This document shows, piece after piece, positions 24,380 to 38,977 of a DNA stretch of 64,000 bases. The position numbers and the translations under genes are program-made. This DNA comes from the human T2T-CHM13v2.0 reference genome, Homo sapiens. Position 1 is the stretch's first letter. Every line of letters starts with the position of its first letter. The stretch is taken from assembly GCA_009914755.4 (NCBI GenBank), contig CP086569.2, forward strand, positions 3,968,001 through 4,032,000, given 5' to 3'. Under the pieces are notes generated by a model that did no database searches, was not told where the DNA came from, and was given only the letters and a program-made list of their open reading frames with translations.

Positions 24380-25375
24380 CTTCTGCACAGCAAAAGAAGC
24401 TGCCATCAGAGTGAACAGGCAACCTACAGCATGGGAGAAAATTTTTGCAATCTACTCATCTGACAAAGAGCTAATATCCAGAATCTACAAAGAACTTAAA
24501 CAAATTTACAAGAAAAAAAACAAACAACCCCATCAAAAAGTGGGCAAAGGATATGAACAGACACTTCTCAAAGGAAGACATTTATGCAGCCAAAAAACAC
24601 ATGAAAAAATGCTCATCATCACTGGCCATCAGAGAATGCAAATCAAAACCACAATGAGATACCATCTCATGCCAGTTAGAATGGCAATCATTAAAAAGTC
24701 AGGAAACAACAGATGCTGGAGAGGATGTGGAGAAATAGAAACACTTTTACACTGTTGGTGGGACTGTAATCTAGTTCAACCATTGTGGAAGACAGTGTGG
24801 CGATTCCTCAAGGATCTAGAACTAGAAATACCATTTGACCCAGCGATCCCATTACTGGGTACATACCCAAAGGATTATAAATCATGATACTATGACACAT
24901 GCACATGTATGTTTATTGCGGCACTATTCACAATAGCAAAGACTTGGAACCAACCCAAATGTCCATCAATGATAGAGTGAATTAAGAAAATGTGGCACAT
25001 ATACACCATGGAATACTATGCAGCCATAAAACCGGATAAGTTCATGTCCTTTGCAGGGACATTGATGAATGGAAACCATCATTCTCAGCAAATTATCACA
25101 AGAACCGAAAACCAAACACCGCATGTTCTCACTCATGGGTGGGAATTGAACACTTGGACACAGGGCGGGGAACATCACACATCAGGGTCTGTTGTGGGGT
25201 GTGGGGCTGGGGGAGGGATAGCAGTAGGAGAAATACCTAATGTAAATGATGAGTTTATGGGTTCAGCAAACCAAGATGGCAAATGTATACCTATGTAACA
25301 AACCTGCTCATTGTACACATGTGCCCTAGAACTTAAAGTGTAATAAAAGAGAGAAAAAAAAGAAATTTTATTATA
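24380..25375 (+). mobile_element. Young L1PA-type 3' end (5'-truncated, about 1 kb): ORF2 C-terminal about 190 codons, 3'UTR and A-rich tail
   Basis: ORF 24411..24887 reads [157 protein letters not shown], close to L1HS/L1PA ORF2. The element ends ..cctatgtaacaaacctgctcattgtacacatgtgccctagaacttaaagtgtaataaaagagagaaaaaaaagaaa. Confidence 0.9.
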
Positions 25376-27844
25376 TTTAAATCATTACAACACCTGCTTT
25401 ATGTGTGGTATAAGTTTACTTCTTGACTTCTTCCAATATCAATATTTTGTTCTTGAAAGAAATCAAACATGGGTAGTATTAATAGTCTAGGCTATACTGG
25501 CAGGAAGAAGCCATCTCATTTTCATAGCCTATGATATAACAATGTGAATCCTGCAAATAGGAATATATAAATAAATAGAAAGATTTGTAATTTTAAGTGT
25601 CAAAAAAAGTGGAGAATTTGTGAACAACCATATATCCATTTAAAGCTTTAGTGACTGCATAAGGAATAAATGTACAGTTATAATACAGGATTTAGTAAAC
25701 AACACAAATTGTGTTTTTATTTGGTTATGATTAATATTGACAGGTTTTTACTATATGAAGAACTGACAGGTGCCCAGAAAAGTATCCTCATAATAAAACA
25801 AAATATCAGAAGGACCTACCCAGTATTTGAAGGTCAAATAATAAGCCTTAACTTAAATGATTTTAACAATTTGTGATTTTATTCCTCTGTTCTTTCACAA
25901 GATCGCAGATTCAGAATTTGTTTGTGTTTTTTTTTCTTTCAAACACTAGGGAGTTATTTCCTAAATAATATTTTAAGTGTGCACTTTTAAAGAAGTAATT
26001 GTGTTTGAAAAGGAAAATAAAAACATATGCTTTGCTGTTGTTAAATGAACTTCCTTCTAATCAACTTTTAACAGTGATTCCCATAGAATAAACTCACATA
26101 AAAATTATTTGAGCTTTATGAGTAAAATTTATTCCTAGACTAAAACATATTTCACAGGGAAGCAAAATATAAGACAGAATACGATATTGAGTAAGAAAAT
26201 TTACTACTCTAGTGTTTTATGTATCTCCTCCATTCTCCCTCTGCATGTCTATAAATTGTTTTCTGCTAGTTTATTTGGTTATTGGGTGGTCATTCTAGGA
26301 CATCACACATTTATATTTCTGAAAAAAAAAACTAATATTAGAGAAAGATTTAGGTATATAAAACATTTTTTCTCAATTAATAACTTTGTACACATTTAGA
26401 TAGAAAAACAACTGTTTGTTTTCTGAAATACAAAATAACATTATAGTTGAGAATCTGCTTGCATTAAATTGTATCACTTCACAATGTGTTAAGAGAAGCT
26501 TTAGGATTTGTAATAGTATAGGAATCCCTTACAGAGAGTAAAAGTGGGAATTACAAATGGTAACTAATCACCCACATTTAGAAAACAAGAGTAGAGTTTA
26601 AGCAGTAAAAAGAAAAGATAGCTATATTTTTAGATTTGTCTTTTATCCCTCTATCTATCCTCTGTTGAAGTTCCCTCTTTAATACAATCTGAAAAAAAAC
26701 ACCTGTGGATATAATAAAAGACATGATAAATGAGCAGGTAAAGGTATTAACACTCTCCAAGAAAAGGGCTTGGATACATCAGAGAACAGTCCATTTTGTA
26801 GTTAGCTAGGTGATCTATTGTATTATTTTTTGTTTCTAATTTGGTCTTGAGATCTTCATAACAAGAGTGTCTACAAACTCTAGACTTAACTTATGGGACT
26901 CCAGGGCACTCATCAAGCAGGTATCCTGCAAGAAGTTCTAACTGGTGGGTTTAGAGCAAGCAGGTTCCATGGAATCACACTGTGACTGCGAGGTAGTAAC
27001 TTTGGCATACCTGCACAATCCATATGGGGTAAAGGAGTCAGTGGGGTGAGTCAAATAAGTTGTATTTAACTGTTCCACAGGGATGTGGGACACCAGGAGG
27101 TGGTTGTACAAGGCAAATATCTGGGTCGACTACACTGAGGAACTGGGAGGAGGTGGAGAACTAGAAAGTTTGTCAAGGGCAATTAAGCTTTCTGGTATGA
27201 GAAAGCCCAACTTCTATTCAAAATGGATGCTGAAGCAAAACAAAATTATAGGACTTAATTACTGCTATAATAAAGATAAACTGCATCTATAGCCAGTCCT
27301 TATTTTCAGGGAAGCAGAGGTGGTGTGGAAGGAGAGGGCATAAGGACTGAATAAAGAGTGATTTTAAAGAGAATATCCACAGAGCTTGAGGGTAAAAAAT
27401 TTGCTTCAGAAATTTAACCCTGATTGAGAGAATGTTAATGCCTTTTGTTGAATCAATGAACTTGGGAAATAGGCCAATATTTTTAAGAGAGGTGAGCAGG
27501 TTATGAACCTCATTGTAGGTAAATTGAATGAAGTGGTAATTAAACTTCCACATGATAATACTGTCAACATGTAGAGATATGAAACTAGAGTTAAAACTAG
27601 AGGTGGTATAACCAAACATATGAGGTGTCCACATAGAGGTAGTAGTTGAAGCTACAATATATGATCATTTTATCCACCCCCAAAATGGAGATTAGTAGAA
27701 CCAAATGAATTATATACCAAATATATTTGCTAAGAAGGAGTTATGAATTAATGTTTGGGAAATTGCTATTTATATTTATTTACTTTTACCATGAGTATAT
27801 ATTGATAGGGAGTGATCGAATGATAAAATTAAACATGACTTAAT

Positions 27845-28878
27845 TTCTAGATTTCAGAGAATGTAAGAAAATGCCTGGATGTCCAGGCAGAAGTTTGCTG
27901 CAGGGATCTCTTTTAGGGCAGTGCAAAAGGGAAATGTGGTGTGGGAGCTCCCACACAAAGTCCCCACTAGGCAGCACTGCCTAGTGGAGCTGTTAGAAGA
28001 GGGACACCATATGCCAGACCCCAGAATGGTAGATCCATTGACAGCTTGCACCATGTGCCTGGAAAAGCCACAGACACTCAAAGCCAGCCTGTGAAAGCAG
28101 CCAGAAGCAGGGGGGATGTACTTTGCAAGGTCACAGGGATGAAGGTGCCCAAGGCCATGGGAACCCACCTCTTACATCAGTTTGACCTGGATGTGAGACA
28201 TGGAGCCAAAGGAGATCATTTTGGAGCTTTAAGATTTGACTGCCCCACTGGATTTCGGACTTGCATGGGGCATGTAGCCCCTTCATTTTGGCCAATTTCT
28301 TCTATTTTGAATGAGTGCATTTACCCAATACCTGTACTCCCATTGCATTTAGAAAGTAATACTCAGAAGGGACTTGGCGTGTCTCAGATGAGACTTTGGA
28401 CTGTGGAGTTTTGAGTTAATGCTGAAATGAGTTAAGACTTTGGGGGACTGTCGGGAAGGCATCATTGGTTTTTAAATGTGAGGGCATAAGATTTGGGAGG
28501 GCTTGGGGGCAGAATGATAGGGTTTGGCTGTGTCCCCACCCAAATTTCATGTAAAATTGTAGCTCCTATAATTCCCACGTCCTGGGAGGGACCCAGTGGG
28601 AGGTAATCGAATCATGCGCGTGGATATTTCCCATGCTGTTCTTGTGATAGTAAATAAGTCTCCCAAGAGCTGAATGTTTTATAAAGGGGAGTTCCCCTAC
28701 ACAAGCTCTTTTTGCCTGCCACCATGTAAGACATGACATTGCTCCTGCTTTATTTTCCACCATGATTGTGGGGCCTCCCCAGCCATGTGGAACTGTGAAT
28801 CCATTAAACCTCTTTCCTTTATAAATTACCTTGTCTCAGGTATGTCTTTATGAGCAGTGTAAGAACAGACTAGTACAC
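27845..28878 (+). mobile_element. THE1 (ERVL-MaLR), 5'-truncated: internal 3' region (27845-28514) plus 3' LTR (28515-28878)
   Basis: The LTR at 28515-28878 is tgatagggtttggctgtgtccccacccaaat.tcat...attgtagctcc.ataattcccacgt..tgggagggacccagtgggaggtaat.gaatcatg...gtgatagtaaataagtctc...tttataaag.ggagttcccct.cacaagctct...gcctgccaccatgtaagacatgac.ttgctcct...ccaccatgattgtg.ggcctccccagccatgtggaactgtgaatccattaaacctctttcctttataaattacc..gtctcaggtatgtctttat.agcagtgtaagaacagactagtaca. The upstream internal part is the same sequence seen in reverse complement at 57990-58700. Confidence 0.85.
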
Positions 28879-30474
28879 CCTTGATCCAGTTTAATATCTT
28901 TATTTTATAGCTGCAGATACTGAGTCATAAAAGAGAAATTTACCTACATAAAGTCATAAATATATTAGATGAATTTAATAGGACAAATAAGAATTATAAG
29001 ACTATGTTCGAGATGGTTCAAGGCTATTTTCCTAAGTATCTGTACATCTGTGTTCACACATGCAAGAGTGGTGGAGAGTATAAAATCTTGAAACAGACCT
29101 ACTGTGTTCAAATCCAGGATCCATGACTTTGTCAGTCAGGGTTCTATTAGAAAACAAAACCAAGGTTAGATTGAAAGATATGGATGATAGGTAGGAATAG
29201 ATAATAGAGAGAGAGAGATCAATAGATAGATAGACAGTTGGTGGATCTGTTAAAGTATTAATTTTACAATTGTGGGAGCAGGCTATTCTTGCAGCTGATG
29301 CAAGAGCTTGAATCCACAGGATAAGCAGCAGGGAAAGAAAGATAGATGTAAGAAAGATAGATGTCCCAGGAAAAAATTGGGACAGTATGAGGGCAGACTG
29401 AAACCCATGTAAGTCCTCATTGTCTCTGACCTTGATAATGTAGATGTCACACAGAAGCCAGGGCTCTTTGTCATGGAGATAAACATATCACATAGGTTAG
29501 GATTTGGAAAAGTCAAAGGAAAATCCAGGAAATGCTGGAGCCCTTACAGGCTAACTACTGCTTCATGCTAACAAAGTGAGTTTGCAGATCAGCAACAATA
29601 TGTGTAAGAGACAAAACAGCTGCTATTTCCCATCCTTTTTCTAAATCTCTAAAGAATCTCACTTGTGGTCCACTCCATCCAGCAACATAGAGCAAATAAA
29701 TTTATTAGAAATAGAATTCAACCTAGCCAAGTTGGCACATTAGAAAGCCACCACAAAGACTTATAAGCTATGGGTTTTACAGCAAATTAATTAATTTTAA
29801 TATCCTAATCCTTAAAATATTAATAGTAATGATATCAATCACATAGGGTTGTTACAAATGATCAAATGAAATAAGTATGTAAAGAGTATAACACACACGG
29901 TCCCTAGAATATTGTTTATACTACATACATATTAACATAGAGGGTCACAAATTTACTATTACCTAAAAATTTATCTTTGCACTTTCTCTGTAATCAACTC
30001 TAATTTCACTTTCTGCTCGCATAGATGAATACCCTGGTTTTTAGCTAAAATTTTATAGTTAGAAAGACAAAAAGAAAAACATATTAATCCTTTTCAAATT
30101 ATTACCTTATTTTATTTACTTTTTATTAATCATCATTTTATATTACTGCTCTTGCTGTGTGTTATTATGTTGTCATTGTTCTTGTTATTGCCTGAAATGT
30201 CTTCTCTGTTTTTCTGTATTCTCAAAACCTTCCCATTTTTTACATCATCTCTTTCTACTTCTAATGCAGCTTTTCTTCACTGAACTTCCACTTTTCTGAA
30301 CTCATAATCTATATTTATAATGCTTGTCATGCATTATTTCTCCTACACAAATTAGCACTTAGTTGTACACATTCATATATAATTAATTAAGTGACTTGTA
30401 TATATTATTGTTGGATCTTTAACTGAGTTCTAAGTTTCTGGAGGGCAGAAGAAAGTCTAAGATTGCTAGTATTT

Positions 30475-33400
30475 GGGAGGAGGGGCCAAGATGGCCTACT
30501 AAAACAGCTGCCATCTGAGGCTCCCAGCAAGAAGAAGAAAAAGGTGAGTGAATCATGCATCGTCAATTGAGGTATTCAGGTTCTATCATTGGGACTGACT
30601 AGGCAGTTGGTGCAACCAATGGAGAGTAAGGAAAAGCAGGGTGGTACTACGGCTCACCTGGGAACCCACACGGGAAAAGGGGAACTCCCACCCCAGCCAA
30701 GGGAGGCAATGAGTGATTGTGCTACCCTATCTTGGAAACCACACTTTTTTCACAGATTTGTGCAACCCATGGAACAGGAGATCCCTCTCGTGAGCCCACG
30801 CCACCAGGGCTTTGGGTCCCAAGCACAGAGTGGTGCAGATTCTCAGCAGCCACTTGGCTGGAGACTGCCTAAGACTGCTGAGTTCCTGAGGGGAAGGGTG
30901 GCCATTATCGCTGCAGCTGCCTGCTGCCTAAGAAGACTGAGGATCCAGAGAGAGCAGAGGCAGCCATTGCTGCAGTTCCAGTCTGCCACTAGTCTCCTGC
31001 TGGTGCCAGGGAGATTGGACAGTTTGGACCTAGGAGGAATTCCTCACAGTGTAGCACAGCAGCTGTGGAAGATTGTGACAAGACTGTCTCTTTAGGCAAG
31101 ACAGTGACCAATCCCTCCTCACTGGGCGGGGACTCCCTGCAGGAATTTCAGCAAACTCCAGTCAGGGGGTTTAGGGACAGAACTCTCATCTCCCTAGGAC
31201 TGAGCCCCTGCGGGGAGTGGTGGCTGTGGTCTCTATGGATCAGCAGAGTTAGTCTTTCCTCCTGCTGGCTCTGAGGAATCCCAGCAGTCCAGACAAGTGG
31301 GAATCCGCTTGGGGTGCACAGTGCACCCCCTCCACCAAGGAACAGCCAGAGTGCTTCATTAAGCGGGTCCTGAATCCTGTGCCTCCTGACTCAGTGACCC
31401 CCAATAAGAGTCATCAAACATATTATACAGGAGAGTTCCACTGGCATCAGATCGGTGCCCTTCTGGGACACAAATCCAACAGGAAGCAGAAGGCAGCCAT
31501 CTTTGCTGATCTGCCCCCTCCACGGGTGACACCTACAGGTGCAGGAGGGACCCAGACTATAGGGTCTGTAGTGGACCCCCAACAAACCACAGCAGCCCTA
31601 TGGAAAACTGGCGTGACCATTAAAAGAAAAACAAACAAACAGAAAGCAACAACAATAGCATCAACAGAAAAGTCCCCACCCAAAACCCTATCTAAAGGTC
31701 AGCAGCCTCAATCACCAAAGCTACATAAACTCATGACTATGAGAAACAATGAATGAGAAAACATTGCAAACTCAAAAATCCAGAGTCTCTCTTACAAATG
31801 ATCGCAGCACCTCTCCGCAAGGGCACAGAACTGGGCAGATGCTGAGACGGATGAATTGACAGAAGTAGGATTCAGAAGGTGGGTAGTAACAAACTTCACT
31901 GAGCTAAAGGAGTGTGTTATAACCCAATGCAAAGAAGCCAAGAACCATGATAAAACATTACAGGAGCTGTTAACCAGAATAACCAGTTTAGAGAGGACAA
32001 CAAATGACCTGATAAAGCTGAAAAACACAACACAAGAACTTCACAATGCAACTACAAGTATCAATAACCAGATAGAACCAGCAGACGAAAGAATTTCAGA
32101 GTTTGAAGACTATCTTGCTGAAATAAGACAGGCAGACAGATTAGAGAAGAATGAAAAGGGGTGAACAAAACCTTCAAGAACTATGAGATTATGTAAAAAG
32201 ACTGAACCTATAAATGATTGGGGTACCTGAAAAAGATGTGAAGAACAGAACTAAGTTGAAAAACATAATTTAGGATATCATACAGTAGAACTTCCTCAAC
32301 CTAATAAGACAGGCCAACATTCAAATTCAGGAAATCCAGAGAACCCCAATAAGATATTCCATGAGAAGATCAACCCCAAGACACATAATCATCAGATTCT
32401 CCAAGGTCAAAATTAATAAAAAAATGTTAAGGGCAGCCAGAGAGAAAGGCCAGATCACCTACGAAGGAAAACCCATAAGACCAACACCAGAACTCTCAGC
32501 AGAAACCCTACAACCAGAAGAGATTGGAGGCCAGTAATCCACGTTCTTAAAAGAATTTCCAATTCAGAATTTCATATCCTGCCAAACTAAGATTCATACG
32601 TGAAAAAGAAATAAAATTCTTTTTGGAAAAGCAAATGTTGAGGGAATTTGTCACCACCAGGCCTGCCTTGCAAGAGCTCCTGAAGAAAGCACTAAATATT
32701 GAAAGGAAAATCCATTACCAGCCAATGCAAAAACACACTGAACTAAAAAGACCAATGGCACTATGAAGCAACTATATTAAAAAGTGCAAAATAACCAACT
32801 AGCATCATGATGACAGGATCAAATTCACATATGACTATCTTAACCTTAAATGTAAATGGGCTAAATGACCCAATTAAAAACACAGAATGGCAAGATGGCA
32901 AGATGTATGGAGTCAAAACCCATTAGTGTGCTGTATTCAACAGACATATCTCATGTACAAAGACACATATAAGCTCAAAATATAGGGATGGGTGAAATTT
33001 ACCAAGCAAATGGAAAGCAGAAAGAGCAGTGGTTGCAATCCTAGCTTCTGAAAAAACAGACTTTAAACTAACAAAGATCAGAAAAGACAAGGGCATTACA
33101 TAATGGTAAAGGGAACCATACAACAAGAAGAGCTAACTATCCTAAATATATATGCACCCAGTATAAGAGCACCCAGATTCTCAAAACAAGTTCTTAGAGA
33201 CCTACAAAAAGACTTAGATTCCCACACAATAATATTAGGAGACTTTAACACCCCACTGTCAATAGCAGATAATTGAGATAAAAAATATACAAGAATATTC
33301 AGGTCTTGACTTCAAGTGGACCTGACAGATATCCACAGAACTCTCCACACAAAAACAACAGAATATACATTATTCTCCATGCCACATGGTACTTACACTA

Positions 33401-36400
33401 AAATCACATAATGGGAAGTAAAACACTCCTGAGCAAAAGAAAAAGATCTGAAATCATAACCAACAGTCTCTCAGAAAATAGTGCAATCAAATTAGAACTC
33501 CAGATTAAGAAACTCACTCAAAACCATACAACTACGTGGAAATTGAACAACCTGCTCCTAAGTGAGTCCTGGGTAAATAATGAAATTAAGGCAGAAATCA
33601 AGAAGCTATTTGAAACCAATAAGAACAAAAAGTCAACACACCAGAATCTCTAGGACACAGCTAAAGCAGCGTTAAGAGGAAATTTATAGCACTAAATGCC
33701 CAATCAAAAAGCTAGAAAGACCTCACTCAAATCTACCCCCTACATCACAATTAATAGAACTAGAGAACTAAGAGAGAGAAAAAAAAACAACACTAGCAGA
33801 AGATAAAAAATAATCAAGATCAAAGCAGAACTGAAGGAAATAGAGACAAGAAAAAAATCTTAAAAAAAAAATCAATGAATGCAGGAGCTGGTTTTTGAAA
33901 AAATTAATGAACTAGATAGACCACTAGCTAGACAAATAAAGAAGAAAAGAGAGAAGAATCAAACAGACAAAAAAATTATAAAGGGGATATCACCACTGCC
34001 CCACAGAAATACAAAGTGCAATTAGATAATATTATAAACATTTCCATGCAAACAAACTAGAAAATCCAGAAGTAAGTGGATAAATGCCTGGACACACACA
34101 ACCTCCCAAGACAGAACCAGGAAGAAATTGAATCTCTGAATAGACCAATAACAAGCTCTGAAATTGAAGCAATAATAAATAGCCTACCAACTAAAAAAAG
34201 CCCAGGAACAGAGAGATTTACAGCCGAATTTTACCAGAGATACAAAGAGAAATTGGTACAATTCTTTCTAAAACTATTCCAAACAATTGAAAAGGATAGA
34301 TTTCTCCCTAACTTATTTTATGAGGCCAGATTCATCCTGATACCAAAACCTGGCAGAGATACCATAAGAAAACAAAACTTCAGGCCAACAATCCTGATGA
34401 ACATCGATGCAAAAATTCTTAATAAAATACTCACAAACTGAATGCAGCAGCACATCAAAAAGTTTATCCACCGCAAGCAAGTTGGCTTCATTCTCATGAT
34501 GCAAGACTGGTACAACATACACAAATCAATAAATGTAATTCACCAAATAAACAGATCTAAAGACACAAACCATGTGATTATCTCAGTAGATTCAAAAAGG
34601 GCTTTTGACATAATTTAACATCCCTTCATGTTAAAAATTCTGTATAAACTAGATATTGATGGTACATGCCTCAAAATAACAAAAGCAATTTTTGGCAAAC
34701 CCACAACCAATATCATGCTGAATGGGCAAAAGCTGGAACCATTCCCTTTGAAAACCGGCACAAGACAAGGATGCCCTCTGTCACCACTCCTATTCAACAT
34801 AGTATTGAAAATTCTGGCCAGGGCAATCAGGCAAGAGAAAGAAATAAATGTTCAAATAGTAAGAAAGGAAGTCAAACTGTCTCTGTTTGCAGATGACATG
34901 ATCCTTTATTTAGAAAATCCTATAGTCTCAGCCCAAAAGCTTCTTAAGCTGCTAAGCAACTTCAGCAGTATCAGGATACAAAATCAATGTGCAAAAATCA
35001 CAAGCATTCCTATACTCCAATGATAGACAAGCAAAGAGTCAAATCATAAAGGAACTCCCAATTACTAAAAAGAGAATAAAAAATCTAGGAATACAGCTGA
35101 CAGGGAAAGTTAAAGACCTCTTAAAAGAGAACTAGAAACCACTTCTCGAGGAAATTAGAGAAGACACAAACAAATGGAAAAACAGTCCATGCTCATAGAT
35201 AGGAAGAATCAATATTGTGAAAATGGCTATACTGCCCAAGTAATTTATAGATTCAAAGCTATTCTCATTAAACTACCATTGACATTCTTCACAGAATTAG
35301 AAAAAAGTACTTTAAAGTTTATATTGAACCAAAAAGGAGTCCATGTAAGTGAAGACAATCCTAAGCAAAAAGAATCAACCTAGAGACACCACACTACTCA
35401 ACTTCAAACTATACTACAAGACCACAGTAACCAAAACAGCATGGTACTGTTGCACCATGTACAGGTACAAAAAAGACACATAGACCAATGAAACAGAATA
35501 CAGAACTCAGAAATAAGACCACACATCTACAACCTCTGATCTTCGAGAAACCTGACAAAAACAAGCAATGGGGAAAGGATTCCCTATTTAATAAATGGTG
35601 GTGGGAAAATTGGCTAGCCTTATGCAGAAAATAGAAACTGGACCCCTTCCTTATACCTTGTAAAAAATAAATCAAGGTGGATTAAAGACTTATATGTAAA
35701 ACCCAAAACTATAAAAACCCTAGACAAAAATGTAGGCAATAGCATTTAGGACATAAGTACAAGCAAACATTTCATGAAAAAAACGTCAAAAGCAATTGCA
35801 ACAAAAGCAAAAAATGGCAAATGGCATCTAATTAAACTAATGAGCTTCTACAGAGCAAAAGAAACTGCCATCAGAGTGAACAGACAACCTACAGAATGGG
35901 AGAAAGTTTTTGCAATGTATCCATCTGACAAAGGTCTAATATCCACAATCTGCAAAGACCTTAAACAAATTTACAAGAAGAAAACAAGCAACCCCATTAA
36001 AAAGTGGGCAAAGAACACGAACAAACACTTCTCAAAAGAAGACATTTATGTAGCCAACAAACGTATCAAAAAAGCTCAACATCTGTGATCATTAGAGAAA
36101 TGCACATCAAAACTACAATGTGATACCATCTCACACCAGTCAGAATGGCAATCACTAAAAAGTCAAGAAACAAACAGATGCTGGCGAGTCTATGGAGAAA
36201 TAGGAAGACTTTGACACTGTTGGTGGGAATGTAAATTATTTAAACCATTGTGGTAGACACCGTGGCAATTCCTCAAAGTCCTAGAACCAGAAATACCATT
36301 TGACCCAGCAACCCCATTACTGGGTATATTGTCAAAGGTATATGAATCATTCTGTTATAAAGATACATGCATGCATATCTTCATTGCAGCATTAATCCCA

Positions 36401-36862
36401 ATAGAAAAGACATGGAATCAACCCAAATGCCCATCAGTGATAGACTGGATAATGAAAATGTGGTACATATTCACAATGGAATATTATGCAGCCATAAAGA
36501 GAAACAACATCATACTTTTTGCAGGGACATAGATGGAGCTGGAAGCCATAATTGTCAGCAAACTAACACAGGAACACAAAACCAAACACCACATGTTCTC
36601 ACTTATAAGTGGAAGCTGAACAATGAGAACAGATGGACACAGTTAGGGGCATAACACACTCACACTGGGGCCTGTTGGAGGCGGAGGGAGGGAGAGCATC
36701 AGGATAAATAGCTAATGCATATGGAGCTTAATGCCTAGATGATGGGTCGATAGGTGCAGCAAACCACAATGGCACATGTTTCCCTATGTAAAAAACCTGC
36801 ACGTCCTGCATATGTATCCCAGAACTTACAATAAAATAAAATTAAGTAAAAAAATTAAAAAA
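30475..36862 (+). mobile_element. Full-length (about 6.4 kb) decayed L1PA-type element: 5'UTR (30475-31855), ORF1, ORF2, 3'UTR and A-rich tail
   Basis: Starts gggaggaggggccaagatggcc. ORF 31856..32164 reads MTEVGFRRWVVTNFTELKECVITQCKEAKNHDKTLQELLTRITSLERTTNDLIKLKNTTQELHNATTSINNQIEPADERISEFEDYLAEIRQADRLEKNEKG, the ORF1 coiled coil. ORF2 lies at about 32800-36640 and is interrupted by many stops and frameshifts. It includes MTGSNSHMTILTLNVNGLNDPIKNTEW, then ..[86 protein letters not shown] 34076..34441 (..[41 protein letters not shown]) and ORF 34628..35023 (..[47 protein letters not shown]). ORF 35774..36088 gives the C-terminal part. The element ends ..cccagaacttacaataaaataaaattaagtaaaaaaattaaaaaa. 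Confidence 0.9.
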
Positions 36863-38687
36863 TTGCAGGTGTTTTTATTCAATAATTGAGGAATGTTAAT
36901 TTGCTGAGTGGGGTGAAAATGTGTTCTGATAGAGCAGGCAGTAGAATGAAAATTCAGAATATGACAAAAACAATTTCTTAATATTCCAATTGGAATTCAA
37001 GTGTTATAATGAATTGTGAAAATGAACAATATAATCAGAATATCATGCCTCTGTGAGATAAAGCTGTTCATTTAATAGAAAACAAGAAGCTTCTAAGTAA
37101 CACATTCTAAGGCAACAACCATGTATAGGTCAAAAGTGCCAGAAGAAGACTAATATTTTATTGTTATTTAGAAATGCTTTAAAAAGGTTAGGTTGCATTT
37201 AAATATTTCATTTTAATTGGCTCTGAAAATATACATATTATATTATATAATAACGTAACAATTTATTTGGGGGTTGAAGTTTTATAGAAGAGATAAATAA
37301 GACAAAATACAAATATTTAAAATAAATGGTTAGTTTTTAAAGGTCTGAGATGTGGCAGAGCAAGTAAACTGCTGCACTAGGAAAATTCATAATGCTCTCG
37401 ATGCCGCTTAAACTTTGTATCTCTTAAATCACAAACTTTCGGTTTCATAGATACATATAACTCATGGTTCATGTAGTGTAAATTACTATATTTAATTATC
37501 TCTAAAACACTATTGACTATAATATGCACCACTATTTTATGTACTGCTAAGAATAAGAAAGCATTGCCAATTATAATTGGAATCTCATTGACTGTAAATA
37601 TATTCCTATTTCGGAGATAATAAAAGTATGAAAAACGTGTCTTGGAATCAATAAAATAAGGTATGTTTCAACTTCTTACTTTAATTTAAAGGAAATCAAA
37701 ATTTCTGTTACTTAGCACTCTCAATTATTCACATTACTCTTTAAACTCTTCCAGCAATAGAAGAATCTTATGACTTCCACAGACTTACAGTAAAATATAC
37801 AGTGATTAATATTTTACTTTAAATTCCTTTCTTTTTCTGACTATAAACTCAAATATCTCTATTTTTTCATTTCTATTCAGAAGACACTTTTGAAGTGTGG
37901 TCTAAGAAGAAGGAGAATAATTGTTCAATCTCACTCCTGACAGTGACTTCCTCTAAGGGCAAGTATGCTATGGCTCATCACTTAATCTTCATGTTGCAGA
38001 TTCTCTCTGTAAGAATAAAACAATACATGTCATTATAGTCTATCCATTACTTTGAGAAGGAATAAACAATCTCTACTTATTTTTCTAATTATGATATTTA
38101 TAATTCCAAAAATATGGCATTTAAGCAGGGTGAAATCCGTTTTAATGGTGAATTGTATCAGACCCTGAAGGTATCACAAAACAGAGGTTGAAAGTGTACA
38201 GCAACTGATTCCAGCATAAACATGTATTTGGCTATGTTTGAGCATACTCACCTTCCATCAAATTTCAATGTACCTCCATCTATGCAATACTTTTAAAGCT
38301 GAAAAATTATGCACCTATAAATGAAGCTGTCATTTTAAAAATTTAAGCACATAATGGCTATAAAACACTTTCTTTGGGAGGATTAAAAACTTCATCAATT
38401 TTCTCAGCTCTTTATTAATCAAATGTTTCTTATTTTTTGAAAAAATATTTCTGTGACCATGGCTCATATTGAGCAGAAGTAAGATTTCAAGATACCCAAC
38501 AAATCAGTTCCCATTCTCCTTCTTGCTAAAAATAAAATTTTGAAAACATTATTTTTTCTAGACATTCCCTCACTACCTTCCATAATTTATCTAACTGTAT
38601 CATTACCAGAAATCAATGATTCATTCTTTTGACAAGCCCATTTCATTTTTTACATAATTACTTTACCATATCATTATAAAAACTTAC

Positions 38688-38977
38688 TTTTTATTTTTGA
38701 GACCGAGTCTCGCTCTGTCGCCCAGGCTGGAGTGCAGTGGTGCGATCTCACTGCAATCTCCACCTCCCTGGTTCCAAGAGATTCTCCTGCCTCAGCCTCC
38801 TGAGTAGCTGGGATCACAGGCTCCCACCACCACACCCGGCTAATTTTTTGTATTTTTAGTAGAGACAGGGTTTTACCTTGTTGGCTAGCCTGGTCTCGAA
38901 CTCCTGACCTCAGGTGATCCGCCCTCTTCACCCTCCCAAAGTGCTGGGATTACAGGCGTGAGCCCCCATGCCCGGCC
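38688..38977 (-). mobile_element. AluS element, antisense, with several CpGs retained
   Basis: tttttgagaccgagtctcgctctgtcgcccaggctggagtgcagtggtgcgatctcactgcaa...cctcccaaagtgctgggattacaggcgtgagcccccatgcccggcc. Confidence 0.9.

Noticed and set aside
30589-31095. 168-aa ORF (+), and neighbouring 125-aa ORF 31379..31756
   Set aside because: They lie wholly within the 5'UTR of the full-length L1PA element. L1 5'UTRs are GC-rich and often contain chance ORFs. There is no similarity to known proteins that I can recognise and no splice or polyadenylation context.
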